DNA of 64,000 nt from Polyangiaceae bacterium (GCA_044376115.1 JBILLK010000002.1:288001-352000), one strand, 5' to 3'. Positions 1 to 10,119 are shown, numbered from the stretch's first letter. The notes: generated from the letters alone by a model not told the origin. Program-made: numbers and translations.

Positions 1-792
1 GGGAGCGACTCGTTGATCCCCCGAGCCCACGACTTCATTGAGACACACCTTGGCCGCAACGGGCAGACCGCGACCCTCCGAGTCAGGCCCCTGAACCAGC
101 ACATAGTCGATGCGTCGGGGCGCCTCGAAGGTTAGGCCCGCGTGCGGATTCTCTTCGGGGTGGAAGGTGAACCCCGGGCCCGCGCCCACCCGCTCAAAGC
201 AGTCGGTGAAGTGAATGCTGCGTCGTTCGAGCGCGTGTTTGCCGAGCAAAAAGCGGATCTCGGTCGTATCCGGGGCGGCGTTGAGATCGCCCACCAGAAC
301 GGAGGGAAGGTCCCCGGCTCGAACGGTCGACGGCACAAAATCGGCGATCCCGAGCACTTGCTCTTCACGCAAGAACCCCTCATCGAACTTCCACGAAAGG
401 TGGGTGACGAAGAAGGGAACCAAGCCCGCGGGCGTCTCGACCCGGGCAAAGTGCACCGAACGAGCATCGCTCCCCGGCAGCGCGAAGGTCTCATCTTGAT
501 GCAGCGGAAATCGCGAGATGATGGCGTTTCCGAACTGGTCCCCGTTTTCGTAGCTGAAGGCTGGCCCAAAGGAAACGAAGGTTTCGGCTGGTCCCCTGGC
601 TGCTGACCAAGCGTCGGCCAAGACGCAGGCCTGGCACTGGTCGCGCCGTCCACGCGGTTTGTGGATGACTTCCTGAACACCGATGATATCCGGGTTCAGC
701 TCGGCGATTCCCTTTGTGAGGAGTCGCAGCCTATCCTCCCACGGTCCTTGTCGATTCCAGATGTTGATGGTTAGAACGCGCAGCGGGAGCAT
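1..792 (-). CDS. Endonuclease/exonuclease/phosphatase (EEP) family protein, 3' end runs off the window
   Basis: Not in the ORF track because there is no stop in the window. Manual translation from ATG 792: MLPLRVLTINIWN...DIIGVQEV...FGNAIISRFP...VTHLSW...VLVGDLNA...RRIDYVLV...RVAP, which are the canonical EEP motifs. Confidence 0.88.
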   Translation of the reverse strand, partial: MLPLRVLTINIWNRQGPWEDRLRLLTKGIAELNPDIIGVQEVIHKPRGRRDQCQACVLADAWSAARGPAETFVSFGPAFSYENGDQFGNAIISRFPLHQDETFALPGSDARSVHFARVETPAGLVPFFVTHLSWKFDEGFLREEQVLGIADFVPSTVRAGDLPSVLVGDLNAAPDTTEIRFLLGKHALERRSIHFTDCFERVGAGPGFTFHPEENPHAGLTFEAPRRIDYVLVQGPDSEGRGLPVAAKVCLNEVVGSGDQRVAP

Positions 793-1957
793 GAGCCAAT
801 GGCTAGCGCTGAGCTTGCCTGCGTGCAATTTTTCCCAGCGTTCTATCGGCGTTGTTTTGGTTTTTGCGGCGCTCGCCGGGAGCAATGAACCCCTCGCGGC
901 ACAGCCTGCAACAGCGCCGAGCCAACCGGCCGCCACCGTGCCCACGGTCTTCAGTGTGAGCTTCGCGGGGCCCAAGAACTGCCCCGATCGAGCGGAGTTT
1001 GTCTCCGAGATCCAGCGCCGCAGTCGCATCGCGGTTCCGGTCGGGCCCGGCCAACAGCCTGAAGTCGTGGCCAACGTGACGCTCGCGCAAGACGGGACCG
1101 GCTTTCGAGGGCACCTCGAGCTAACCACCGGCACCAAGTTCAAAGAGCGCAAACTCAAGAGCGATACCTGCGCGGAAGTGGTCAGCGCGCTGGCGTTGGT
1201 GACGGCGCTCGCGATCGATCCGAACGCTGAAACCAGGCCGATCGAGAGCCTCCCAGCTCCGCAACCTCCACCCTTGAATCCTCCGGTATTGCCGCCTCCT
1301 ACGCCTGACTCCGGCCCGATCGGGCCAGCGCGCCCCGTAGATTCTCGGGTGCTTTCGCAAACGAGCAGTCGGGTGGAGGAGCTGTGGTCGCTGCCCCTTC
1401 CGGCGTGGGTCGTTCGGCCTGCGCCGAAGCCGCGCTCATTGCACGCCGCGTTTTCGCTCCAGGCCGATCTGTTAGCCGGGCTCACCTCCGAGCCGCTCGC
1501 TGGCGTTCATCTTTCGGGTGGGCTCGCAGAGAGCCGCGGACTGCTTTGGTCGCTCTCGCTTGGGTTTTCCTACACGACCACGGTGGCTCCGCTTCAAACC
1601 CTCGGCTTGGAAGCCGACACCGAGCTTTTGCGCGGGGACGTCGAACTCTGTTTGCCGGGCTGGTCGCCGGTCCAGAGCTTGCGCTTCTTCCCGTGTGTCG
1701 GCTTCGGCGCCGGCGCTTTGCAAGCGACCTTCCTCAACGTTTCGTCCGAAGCCACCACGAGCGGCGCAGGCGCGTGGGCCGGCTTAGGGGTAGGCGGCCG
1801 CGGCGTCTGGTTGTTTTCCCCGCAGCTCGGGTTGGACCTCGGGTTGGGTCTTCAGGCGCCGCTTGCGTCCGCCGAATTCACTAACAATTCGCGCTTGATC
1901 GTCGCTAGCGGGCCGGCCGCCTTCGAGGCCCAGTTGGGCCTGGTCACCGAGTTCTGA
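791..1957 (+). CDS. Exported hypothetical protein (CPD motif, Pro-rich linker, probable C-terminal beta-barrel); start uncertain
   Basis: Signal-like VVLVFAALA, NCPDRAEF..., Pro-rich linker, amphipathic beta strands ending LGLVTEF (terminal Phe). Confidence 0.65.
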   Translation: MSQWLALSLPACNFSQRSIGVVLVFAALAGSNEPLAAQPATAPSQPAATVPTVFSVSFAGPKNCPDRAEFVSEIQRRSRIAVPVGPGQQPEVVANVTLAQDGTGFRGHLELTTGTKFKERKLKSDTCAEVVSALALVTALAIDPNAETRPIESLPAPQPPPLNPPVLPPPTPDSGPIGPARPVDSRVLSQTSSRVEELWSLPLPAWVVRPAPKPRSLHAAFSLQADLLAGLTSEPLAGVHLSGGLAESRGLLWSLSLGFSYTTTVAPLQTLGLEADTELLRGDVELCLPGWSPVQSLRFFPCVGFGAGALQATFLNVSSEATTSGAGAWAGLGVGGRGVWLFSPQLGLDLGLGLQAPLASAEFTNNSRLIVASGPAAFEAQLGLVTEF

Positions 1958-2009
1958 GCGGCCCGCTTTTTTTGCGATCAAAGGCTGTCTGCCGGGAGAT
2001 GACCGTCCA

Positions 2010-2714
2010 GTGTTATCCTCGTTGGCGTTGAATCACGTACCCTTTGCCGAGCCCGAGGAGGAGGAAGACGTCGATTTTGATCGGCCATCTTCGCTCCTTC
2101 CTGGGGAATTGACGGCAAAGCAGGCTGCCCGGATCAAGCAGCTGGTCGTGGCCCACCACGGCTTTGTGTGGCGTTCGTTGGTCCGACTGGGCGTACCTCG
2201 CTCGGACGCCGAGGACGCGTTGCAGCAGGTCTTCATGGTGACCACCCGGCGCATTGACGACATTCGCGCCGATGCCGAGCGTTCTTTCCTGTACGGCGTG
2301 TGCATTCGCATCGCGTCGCGTTCACGACGAACTCGCGATCGGCGTCGCGAGGTGGGGGAGGCGGAATACGGCCCGGAGCGCGTGGATCCGGGGCTTCGTC
2401 CGGATGAACAGCTGGACCGCGTCGAGGCCCGCAGGCTGCTCGACGGCATTCTGCAGGCGATGCCGATCGAGCTACGCGCCGTCTTCACGCTGTTTGAACT
2501 CGAGCAGCTTACGATGGTGGAGATCGCAGAAATGACCGGGGTTCCCCAGGGAACGGTGGCCTCGCGGCTACGGCGGGCTCGGGCGATCTTCGCTGAGCAT
2601 CGCAGTCGAATCGAGGCGCGTTTGGCGAACTCGAGTGGGGACCGGATCTCGGCGCCCGTAACGCGGGAACGAGCCTCCGGTGAGTTGAGGTTGGTGGAAG
2701 GTGAGGGACAATGA
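2010..2714 (+). CDS. ECF-type sigma-70 factor
   Basis: Region 2 HHGFVWRSLVRLG..DAEDALQQVF; region 4 LRAVFTLFELEQLTMVEIAEMTGVPQGTVASRLRRAR. Confidence 0.92.
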   Translation: MLSSLALNHVPFAEPEEEEDVDFDRPSSLLPGELTAKQAARIKQLVVAHHGFVWRSLVRLGVPRSDAEDALQQVFMVTTRRIDDIRADAERSFLYGVCIRIASRSRRTRDRRREVGEAEYGPERVDPGLRPDEQLDRVEARRLLDGILQAMPIELRAVFTLFELEQLTMVEIAEMTGVPQGTVASRLRRARAIFAEHRSRIEARLANSSGDRISAPVTRERASGELRLVEGEGQ

Positions 2715-3418
2715 GCGAGTTTAAGCGACTCTTGGACGAGGGCTCCGAGATGGATCGGATGCTGCTTTCCTCCGCCGTTTCAGAGCAGCCTCCGGCGCGC
2801 TCGGTGGAGAAGACCTTGGCGGCGTTGGGCGTCGGCTCTGTCGTTGCGGCAGCTGGTGGGAGCGCGTTGGGTGCTGCTTCGGCGACGTTGGAGCTCGCTG
2901 GTGGAGCGGCTCCAGCCGCATCGCTCGGTGGGGCGAGCGTGGTCAAAGGCGGTTTCCTTGGGCTCGGTCTGGTGAAGGTTGCCGTTGGCGTCGCGCTCTC
3001 GGGTGCGGCCTTGGGCGGCGGCTATTGGATGGCTGCACACGAGGCCGAGCAGAAGGCGCGCGTCGAGCTCGCAGGTTCGGCCAAAAATGATCGTTTGGGT
3101 GGTGGGGCCGAGCTTGTTGGTGAGCCGCTGCTCGTGCCTGGGCCAGCCAGCGCGGGGCAACAGCGTGAGGTCGCTCGCGACAGGGCCCTCCCCAGTGACT
3201 CCGGGCAAGCTCGGACGCTGCGTTCGGCTCGCGGGGAGACGGCGCTCGGCGGTGAGGTCGAGCTGCTCGATCAAGCACGCAAGGCACTGCTTGCCGGAGA
3301 CAGCAAGGCTTGTCTCGCCAGGCTTCAGGCCTATCGCACGCGCTTTCCTCAAGGCCAATTGAAGGCGGAGGCGGACGAGCTGGAGGCGCGAGCCAAGAAA
3401 CGTGTAGAAACCCACTGA
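2711..3418 (+). CDS. Membrane-anchored putative anti-sigma protein with C-terminal TPR-like helix pair
   Basis: ATGA overlap with the ECF gene; Ala/Gly-rich segment plus TM helix; C-terminal EVELLDQARKAL...YRTRFPQGQL motif typical of myxobacterial ECF partners. Confidence 0.7.
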   Translation: MSEFKRLLDEGSEMDRMLLSSAVSEQPPARSVEKTLAALGVGSVVAAAGGSALGAASATLELAGGAAPAASLGGASVVKGGFLGLGLVKVAVGVALSGAALGGGYWMAAHEAEQKARVELAGSAKNDRLGGGAELVGEPLLVPGPASAGQQREVARDRALPSDSGQARTLRSARGETALGGEVELLDQARKALLAGDSKACLARLQAYRTRFPQGQLKAEADELEARAKKRVETH

Positions 3419-3461
3419 CAGCCTTGCGCACCTCGCGCCGCCGGCGGAAAATCAGCGCAGC

Positions 3462-4007
3462 ATGGAAAAGCGACTTGAGTCCACGGTGCAGGCTGCTGAG
3501 GAAGCGCAGGAGAAGCCGACGGAGGAGCTGCCTGCCGAGCTCGAGGCGATCGCCGCGATGGCTCCGGTGCGTGATGCGGCGGCGGCGCGCTCGCCCGCTC
3601 CAAGTGGTCTCGCGTTGGCCCGCATCATGTCGATCACCGAAGACGGGATCAGCGTGCGCATCGGCGATGAGTTCGTTCAGGCCAAGTTAGAGCCCACGCT
3701 CGAACTCTCGGTTTTGCGCACAGCGCTCGACCGAGGAGAGCCCGTGCTGGTTGAACGCAACGGAGGCGAGGCGACCGTGGTCGCTGGTTTGCGTCTTCAG
3801 GCCACACCTGGGGTCGACAAGATGCGCGAGATCAACCTCGAAGCAGACTCGATCACGCTCAACGGCAAGCGTGAGGTCGTCGTTCGCTCCGGCCTCGCCG
3901 CGATGGCGGTGCGGGCGGTCGGGGAGATTGAGACGTACGCCGAGCGCATCGTTTCGCGCGCCGAAGGGGTGCACAAGATCATCGGCCGAATGTTGCGGCT
4001 GAACTAG
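3462..4007 (+). CDS. DUF6484-like protein (contractile-injection/T6SS spike-associated type)
   Basis: C-terminal beta-rich run EVVVRSGLAAMAVRAVGEIETYAERIVSRAEGVHKIIGRMLRLN resembles the DUF6484 pattern; recognised by eye. Confidence 0.55.
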   Translation: MEKRLESTVQAAEEAQEKPTEELPAELEAIAAMAPVRDAAAARSPAPSGLALARIMSITEDGISVRIGDEFVQAKLEPTLELSVLRTALDRGEPVLVERNGGEATVVAGLRLQATPGVDKMREINLEADSITLNGKREVVVRSGLAAMAVRAVGEIETYAERIVSRAEGVHKIIGRMLRLN

Positions 4008-4039
4008 TTTCGGCGCAGCGTGCGCGCTGGACGCTCTGA

Positions 4040-5548
4040 ATGGCAGACAACGACAACACCGTACGCGATGCGGGCCCTTTCGGACCGGGCGGGCCGGTTG
4101 CGCCCGCGCAAGCCGTGCCACCGGTTGCGCCCGCGCAAGCCGTGCCGCCGGTTGCGCCTGCTGCTGGTGGGGCTTACGCGGCAGGCACTACGCCCGCTGT
4201 TGGTGGCTACGCTGGAGCCGGCCCTGCAGCGCCTGCAGTCGGCGGTTCCTACGCCGCTGGCGCGCCTGCAGTCGGCGGTTCCTACGCCGCTGGCGCGCCT
4301 GCAGTCGGCGGCGCCTACGCTGGAGCCGGCCCTGCAGCGCCTGCAGTCGGCGGCGCCTACGCGGGAAGCGGTTACGCGAGTGCTTCTTATCCACCGCACG
4401 CAAGTCCTACGCCTAACGCAAACGCGCCTTCGCCTGGGGCCTATGTCAGCGCGCCAGCGGCGCCGGGAACCGTGCCAGCCGCTAAGCCTCCGCCGCCCTC
4501 AACGTTTCAAGAGGTGCGCGAGCTAGCGAAGGATTTCATCAAGCGCAACGAGAAGCTGATGTGGTGGGGCCACACAGCGTACGCGCTCGCGCTTGGCGCC
4601 TTCGTCGCCACCTTCGCGCAGAAGGGCTTCGAGCGGGCTCGGCTTCTCGCGCTTTCGCTCACCCTCGCGTGGGTGTTGGTCGTCTTCTTTTTCCGCTTCT
4701 TTGGGACCGGCACGCAGCAGGACTTCATGACTGCGTGGCCTGGCGCGCGCAGGCGGTTCTTCATCATGAGCTATCTGATGAAGAACCTGTTTCAGAGCAT
4801 GTTGTTCTTCCTCTTGCCCTTCTATTGGAAGTCGTCGAGCTACGTTGCCGGCACCTACCCAGTGTTCGTTGGGCTCGCAGCCTGCGCGGTGCTTTCAACG
4901 CTCGATGTCGTGTTCGACGGCGTGCTCTTACGCTTCAAGCTGGTCGCTAGCTTCTTCTTTGCGCTCACCTTGTTCGGCTGTGCCAACTTGGTGATTCCGG
5001 CGCTGATGCCGAACACGCCGATCATCATGACGTTGCTGATCGCCGGGGGTTTGGCGCTCTCAACGTTGGTGCTTTTCCACGTCTCGCTCGACAGGTTGCG
5101 ACGTCCGATCGCGCTCGGTGCGTTTGCTGCTTTCGTGACCATCGGGCTCTTGGGTCTGTACAGCGCCCGCGCGATCGTCCCGCCGGTGCCGGTGCATTTG
5201 GTGGAGGCCGGTGTTGGCACGAGCCTGCGCGCAGACGGCAAGCTCGACGCTGAGATCGTGGTGATTCGCGCGACCTCGCTCACCGAGACGAGCGAGCTCT
5301 TCTCGGTCGCAGAGGTTTCGGTGGTGGGAGACCGAGAGCAGTTCCGGCATGTCTGGCGCAAAGGGGGCACCGTGTTGCAGCATCAAGCGGCCGGAGCGGC
5401 ACCGGCGCAACAGGCTGGCCAGGTCCGGGTAGCGTCGAAGGTGCCGGTGCAGGATCTCCCCGCCGATAAGCTCGGCATCTACACGGTCGACGTGATCACG
5501 GCGAACGAGCAGGTCGTTGGGCGCACGCAGTTCGAGATCCGCGAATGA
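4040..5548 (+). CDS. Polytopic membrane protein (DUF5924/DUF2914-like) with Pro/Ala/Gly-rich N-terminus
   Basis: About 8 hydrophobic helices; C-terminal FRHVWRK...GIYTVDVITANEQVVGRTQFEI domain. Confidence 0.65.
   Translation: MADNDNTVRDAGPFGPGGPVAPAQAVPPVAPAQAVPPVAPAAGGAYAAGTTPAVGGYAGAGPAAPAVGGSYAAGAPAVGGSYAAGAPAVGGAYAGAGPAAPAVGGAYAGSGYASASYPPHASPTPNANAPSPGAYVSAPAAPGTVPAAKPPPPSTFQEVRELAKDFIKRNEKLMWWGHTAYALALGAFVATFAQKGFERARLLALSLTLAWVLVVFFFRFFGTGTQQDFMTAWPGARRRFFIMSYLMKNLFQSMLFFLLPFYWKSSSYVAGTYPVFVGLAACAVLSTLDVVFDGVLLRFKLVASFFFALTLFGCANLVIPALMPNTPIIMTLLIAGGLALSTLVLFHVSLDRLRRPIALGAFAAFVTIGLLGLYSARAIVPPVPVHLVEAGVGTSLRADGKLDAEIVVIRATSLTETSELFSVAEVSVVGDREQFRHVWRKGGTVLQHQAAGAAPAQQAGQVRVASKVPVQDLPADKLGIYTVDVITANEQVVGRTQFEIRE
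4093..4365 (+). repeat. Intragenic tandem repeats encoding PVAPAQAVP and AGAPAVGG(S/A)Y units
   Basis: Repeated gccggttgcgcccgcgcaagccgtgcc and gcgcctgcagtcggcgg units. Confidence 0.85.
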
Positions 5549-5550
5549 CG

Positions 5551-6561
5551 CTAGCGGCGATACCAGCGAGCGGCGTGTTCCGCTTGCGCTCGCGCAGCTC
5601 GGCGAGCTAGCCCGCGGGAGAACATCAGGCCTCCAGCGAAAAGCGGAGGAACGCCCATGATCAGGCCGCCAACAAGCAGCTTGTGATCGCTCTCTGCACC
5701 GAGCACCGCACTGAGTCCGAGCCCCAACGCGAGCAGCCCACCAAGCGAGGCCAACACGCCGCCAACGCCCAGGAGCACGAAGTCCCAAAGGCTGTTCGAG
5801 TTCAGCGCCTCGCGAGCGGCAGCCCAGGCGTTGCGTGCACGGGTGTTCGGCCCGTCTTGCTCGAGCCGAGCGCGCAGGAGCAAGCGACGCGCCCATACGA
5901 TCTCGATCAAAAGCGCTGGTAGCGAAACCAGGAGCACTGCCAAGCCAACGTAAAGCCGCGCAGGGTGATCCTCGCCGTAGTGGCTTTCATCCATCGCTTT
6001 GAGCGTGAGCAGCGGCGCATCGTAGAGGCCGTGAAGCAGAACCACGACCAGGTAGCCGAAAGGGATCGCGTACTTCTTGCGGTGGAACTTCCACTGCGAG
6101 ACATGCCATCCCAAGATCGCACCGGAGAAGGCATGGCCCGGAACAGCGGTGAAGGCTCGCATCACGGCAAGCCCCAGACCGTTCTGGAGTACGTAGAGGA
6201 CGTTCTCCAAGGTCGCGAAGCCAAGCGAAGCGGTGGCCCCATACACGAGCCCATCGAGCGGCTCGTCGTACTCCTTGTGGCGCGCGCAATAGCCAACGAG
6301 CACCAGCAGCTTGAGCAACTCCTCGGGAATCGCGGCTGAAGCGAAAGCATCGATCGGACCGCGCAGCAGCGGGTTCTTGATGCCATCGACGAGCGGCGAG
6401 TAGATGAACACCGCCGCCACACCGAACACCGAGAGCACGCCCAGCCCGAAGGTTGTCCACAGCACGCGCTGCGGCTCGCGATAGCGATCGCGCGCGTGGA
6501 AATAGCGCATGATGAGCAGGCTCGGAATGACCGCGCTGACCGCGAGAAAGGCGAAGCTCAT
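5551..6561 (-). CDS. PrsW-family intramembrane glutamic protease
   Basis: IPEELLK, EPLDGLVYG...LGFATLEN, PGHA, LLHGLYD motifs; ATG at 6561 overlaps the upstream gene's TGA. Confidence 0.9.
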   Translation of the reverse strand: MSFAFLAVSAVIPSLLIMRYFHARDRYREPQRVLWTTFGLGVLSVFGVAAVFIYSPLVDGIKNPLLRGPIDAFASAAIPEELLKLLVLVGYCARHKEYDEPLDGLVYGATASLGFATLENVLYVLQNGLGLAVMRAFTAVPGHAFSGAILGWHVSQWKFHRKKYAIPFGYLVVVLLHGLYDAPLLTLKAMDESHYGEDHPARLYVGLAVLLVSLPALLIEIVWARRLLLRARLEQDGPNTRARNAWAAAREALNSNSLWDFVLLGVGGVLASLGGLLALGLGLSAVLGAESDHKLLVGGLIMGVPPLFAGGLMFSRGLARRAARAQAEHAARWYRR

Positions 6562-8090
6562 CAGAAGCTCATGCCGGCCCTTAGAAACTCCGAGATCCGC
6601 TCGCCCACCATCAAGGTTGGCAGGTTCGTGTTGGCGGTTGGGATGACCGGGAAAATGCTGGCGTCGGCGACCAGCACTCCCTCGACGCCGCGCAGCCTGC
6701 CACAACCGTCGACCGCTCCTTCGTTGATCGAGGAAGCGCCCATCGGGATGGTGCCGCAGGGGTGGTAGCCGGAGCCGGTGATCTTCGGCAAAAAGGCCTG
6801 CAGATCCTCACGTCGGGTGAGCACCCGGGCGGTCGGAATCACTGGATAGGCGATCGAGCGCAGCTCAGGCTGTCGCGCGATCTGATAGATGCGTTCGAGC
6901 GCCTCGGTGACCCGCGCGCGATCTCGCGGATGATCCAGAAATCCCATCTCGATGATCGGCTTGGCGTCCGGTGCGTTGCTCTCGAAGCGGATCTTTCCGC
7001 GCGCATCCGGCCTGCCGATCGGCGCCATGATCGAGAAGAACGGGATCGAAAGCCCAAACAACGGCACGAACGAACCGGCCTGAATCTGTAGATCGTAGGC
7101 AGCATCGCTCCCCACCGAGGTCGCGCGGGCCATCACCTGAATCAACGGATCCTCGATGTTGGGGCGCAGGCTCGTACGGGGCGCGAAGAGCACGGCCGTG
7201 CCGGAGTGGTCGAGCAGTTGTGCGCCGACGGTGGGCGAGTCGACCACGACGTTCACGTTCATGCGATCGAGCTCGGCCTTAGGCCCGATACCCGAGCGCA
7301 AGAGGATGCCCAGCGAGCCGATCGCTCCGGACGAGAGCACCATGCGATCGGCCCGTAGCGTGCGCGTGACGCCGTGTGTGTCGCGCACGAGCAGGCCGGC
7401 GAACTTGCCGCCCTCGAACTCGACCTTGAGCACGTGCGTATCGGGCAGGATGCTGAGGTTGGAACGGCGCCGCACCGACGGGGTGAGGTAACAGCGAGCT
7501 GCGCTCATGCGCTCACCACCGACTTTGTTCATCGCGTGGGGGCCGACGCCGCAGGGCAGCTCCGGGTTATTGTGGTCAACCGTCTCGGCGTAGCCCGCGC
7601 GCCGCGCAGCCTCGAAGAACGCCGCTTGCCATGGCACGAGCTCCGACTCAGCGTGACGGCGAATCGGGATCGGACCGCCTTGCCCGTGCCACTCGTCGTC
7701 GAAGTCGAGATCGTGTTCGAGGCGCTTGAACGAGGGCAGCACCTTATCGAAAGACCACTCGCTGAGCCCACGATCGGCCCAGTCGTTGTAGTCATAGGGA
7801 TGGCCGCGCAAGGCGATGCAGGTGTTGACGGCGGAAGACCCACCGACGACCCGGCCGCGCGGAAACGCAAAGGTGTTGCTGCGCTGTGAGGCGGGGCGGA
7901 AGCGGTAGCCCCAATCGTGTCGATCGAGATCGGCGTTGTGGCGCCCATCGCGGAGATCCTCCGGGACTTCTTGGATCGACGGGTAGTCAGGGCCTGCCTC
8001 GATCAGGGTCACCTGCTGACTGCCGTTCTCACTCAGCCGAGCTGCAATCACCGACCCAGCTGAGCCTGCTCCGACCACCAGCGTATGCAT
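6561..8090 (-). CDS. GMC-family FAD oxidoreductase (choline/alcohol dehydrogenase-like)
   Basis: VVGAGSAG, RGRVVGGSSAVN, YHPCGT, ADASIFP...NTNLPT. Confidence 0.93.
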   Translation of the reverse strand: MHTLVVGAGSAGSVIAARLSENGSQQVTLIEAGPDYPSIQEVPEDLRDGRHNADLDRHDWGYRFRPASQRSNTFAFPRGRVVGGSSAVNTCIALRGHPYDYNDWADRGLSEWSFDKVLPSFKRLEHDLDFDDEWHGQGGPIPIRRHAESELVPWQAAFFEAARRAGYAETVDHNNPELPCGVGPHAMNKVGGERMSAARCYLTPSVRRRSNLSILPDTHVLKVEFEGGKFAGLLVRDTHGVTRTLRADRMVLSSGAIGSLGILLRSGIGPKAELDRMNVNVVVDSPTVGAQLLDHSGTAVLFAPRTSLRPNIEDPLIQVMARATSVGSDAAYDLQIQAGSFVPLFGLSIPFFSIMAPIGRPDARGKIRFESNAPDAKPIIEMGFLDHPRDRARVTEALERIYQIARQPELRSIAYPVIPTARVLTRREDLQAFLPKITGSGYHPCGTIPMGASSINEGAVDGCGRLRGVEGVLVADASIFPVIPTANTNLPTLMVGERISEFLRAGMSF

Positions 8091-8166
8091 AGGGATCGAG
8101 GAGCTTAGCAGACAAAGTGTACAGCACTACTTGACGCTGATCCGCGCTGGGCCTACGCCCGCGCGC

Positions 8167-9303
8167 ATGGGATTTTTCTCGAGCCTCAAGAACGACATGA
8201 AGTCGCTTGTCTCCGGCATCTTCTCCGACAAACCCGCGCCTTATGCGGGCAAGAAGGGGGAGCGCGGCGAGGCCAAAAAGACCACTCGCTCCTTGCTCGT
8301 CAAAGAGGTCATCGTCGAGACCCCGGACGCTCGCACGATCGTCCTTACGGATCCGAGCGGAGCGCCGCTCGAGTTCGAGGCTGGTCAGTTTTTCACCTTG
8401 CTACGCAAGATCGACGGCAAAGAGGTGCGCCGCGCGTATTCAGCGTCGAGCTCGGCCTCGGTCACGAGTGAGGTGCGCGTCACGGTAAAGCAGATCGAGG
8501 GCGGCTTGGTCTCGCCCCGGCTAGTTCGTGAACTCAGCGCCGGGGAAACCTTGGAGGTCGCTGGACCAAGCGGGCAATTCACGCTCCCCAAGGGTCGCAA
8601 GCACGCCGTGTTGCTCGGCGGCGGCAGCGGCATCACGCCGCTGATGAGCATCGCGCGCACCCACCTCGCGCTCGATCCAGAGCTGAAGCTCGATCTTGTG
8701 TTTGGTAACCGCGGCAAGGAGGACATCATTTTCCGCGAGGAGCTGAGCGCTTTGGTGGAGGAGCACGCTGGCCGTTTCCGCGTGCGGCACGTGCTCGAGA
8801 ATGCAGACCCGATCGCGTCACACGTGGGGCGCTTGGATCGCGCCACCGTGCTGGCCGAGCTCGACGCGCTGGAGAGCTTCGCTTCGGCCACCTCGATGTT
8901 CTTCCTTTGTGGCCCGGTGGGCATGATGGATGAGGCCAAGGCCGCGCTGGAGTCGCGAGGAGTATCGGCGTCGCGCATCAAAGAAGAGCGCTTCGTCAGC
9001 CCCTCGGACAGCTCGCAAGGTGGCTCGGAAGGCCCTGAGGACGTTGAGGTCTCGGTCCAGGGGGATCTGTTCACCGTCACCGTTCAACCGGGCATGACCA
9101 TCCTCGAGGCTGCGCAGGACGCCGGCGTTGAAATTCCATTCTCGTGCACCGTCGGCGGGTGCGCTTCGTGTCGCGTGAAGTTGGTCGCGGGCAAGGTTGC
9201 GCTCGGTGAGCCCAACTGCCTCGATCCAGATGAGCGCAAGGAGGGCTACATCTTGGCCTGCGTTTCGCGTCCGCTCGGCCCCTGCAAGGTCGAGGTCGAG
9301 TGA
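8167..9303 (+). CDS. FAD/NAD(P)H-dependent ferredoxin reductase with C-terminal 2Fe-2S domain (PaaK/KshB-like)
   Basis: RRAYS, GGSGITP, LCGP, CTVGGCASC...LAC. Confidence 0.92.
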   Translation: MGFFSSLKNDMKSLVSGIFSDKPAPYAGKKGERGEAKKTTRSLLVKEVIVETPDARTIVLTDPSGAPLEFEAGQFFTLLRKIDGKEVRRAYSASSSASVTSEVRVTVKQIEGGLVSPRLVRELSAGETLEVAGPSGQFTLPKGRKHAVLLGGGSGITPLMSIARTHLALDPELKLDLVFGNRGKEDIIFREELSALVEEHAGRFRVRHVLENADPIASHVGRLDRATVLAELDALESFASATSMFFLCGPVGMMDEAKAALESRGVSASRIKEERFVSPSDSSQGGSEGPEDVEVSVQGDLFTVTVQPGMTILEAAQDAGVEIPFSCTVGGCASCRVKLVAGKVALGEPNCLDPDERKEGYILACVSRPLGPCKVEVE

Positions 9304-10112
9304 TGCGAGCCGAGGGCCGGCCGCTACCACGCAGCGAGGAGCTGCGAAGCGGAAGGCCCCGCCGCGCCAAGGCCACAGAGCGCGGCTATCGCATGAAGGA
9401 CCTGTGTGAACTCACGGGTCTCGAACGTCAGACGATTCACTTCTACATCCACGAAGGGCTGTTGCCGCTGGGTCGCAAGACCGGTCGCAACATGGCCTAC
9501 TACGGCGAGGAGCACCTTTCGCGGCTGCGGCTGATCCGGCGCTTGCAGGAGGAGCGTTTTCTGCCGTTGCGGGCGATCAAAGCCATTCTCGGCGGTCGGC
9601 CGACGGGCTTCTCGAGCGCGCAACGCAAGCTGATCAGCGAGGTCAAGTTGCGCTTGCTCGCGAGTGAACCGCTGACCGACCGAAGCTCCCAGCAGGTGCT
9701 CATCAAGGACCTCGCGAATGAGTCCAACCTCACCGTGAAGGACGTCGAGGAGCTCGTATCGCTCGGCCTTTTGCACGCAACGGGTGAAGGCGCCAAGCGC
9801 GCCGTGTCTCGTCAGGACGCCTGGATCGTCTCGTCGTGGGGGCAACTTGCGCGGGCCGGACTCAACCGTGAACGCGGCTTCTCACCGGCGGATCTCGTGC
9901 TGTTCGACCAAGCGCTGAGCGAGCTCTTCGCCAAGGAGCGGGACCTCCTGCTCGAGCGCTTGGCCAACGAGCGGGCCGAGGAGGTTGCCGCCATCATCCA
10001 GCGCGCTTTGCCGATCTTGGCCGAATTTCTTGGCAGACTCCACACGCAAAAGGCGCGCGACCTGTTCGCGCTCGAGCCCATCGCTTCGCAAGAAGAACCC
10101 ACGGAAGGTTAG
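9303..10112 (+). CDS. MerR-family transcriptional regulator
   Basis: YRMKDLCELTGLERQTIHFYIHEGLLP...YYGEEHLSRLRLIRRLQ; TGATG coupling to the reductase gene (alternative start 9393). Confidence 0.88.
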   Translation: MRAEGRPLPRSEELRSGRPRRAKATERGYRMKDLCELTGLERQTIHFYIHEGLLPLGRKTGRNMAYYGEEHLSRLRLIRRLQEERFLPLRAIKAILGGRPTGFSSAQRKLISEVKLRLLASEPLTDRSSQQVLIKDLANESNLTVKDVEELVSLGLLHATGEGAKRAVSRQDAWIVSSWGQLARAGLNRERGFSPADLVLFDQALSELFAKERDLLLERLANERAEEVAAIIQRALPILAEFLGRLHTQKARDLFALEPIASQEEPTEG

Positions 10113-10119
10113 GCGTCCC

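Noticed and set aside
132..680. ORF-track proteins 132..680 (-) and 142..606 (+)
   Set aside because: Alternative frames of the real EEP gene (1..792, minus strand).
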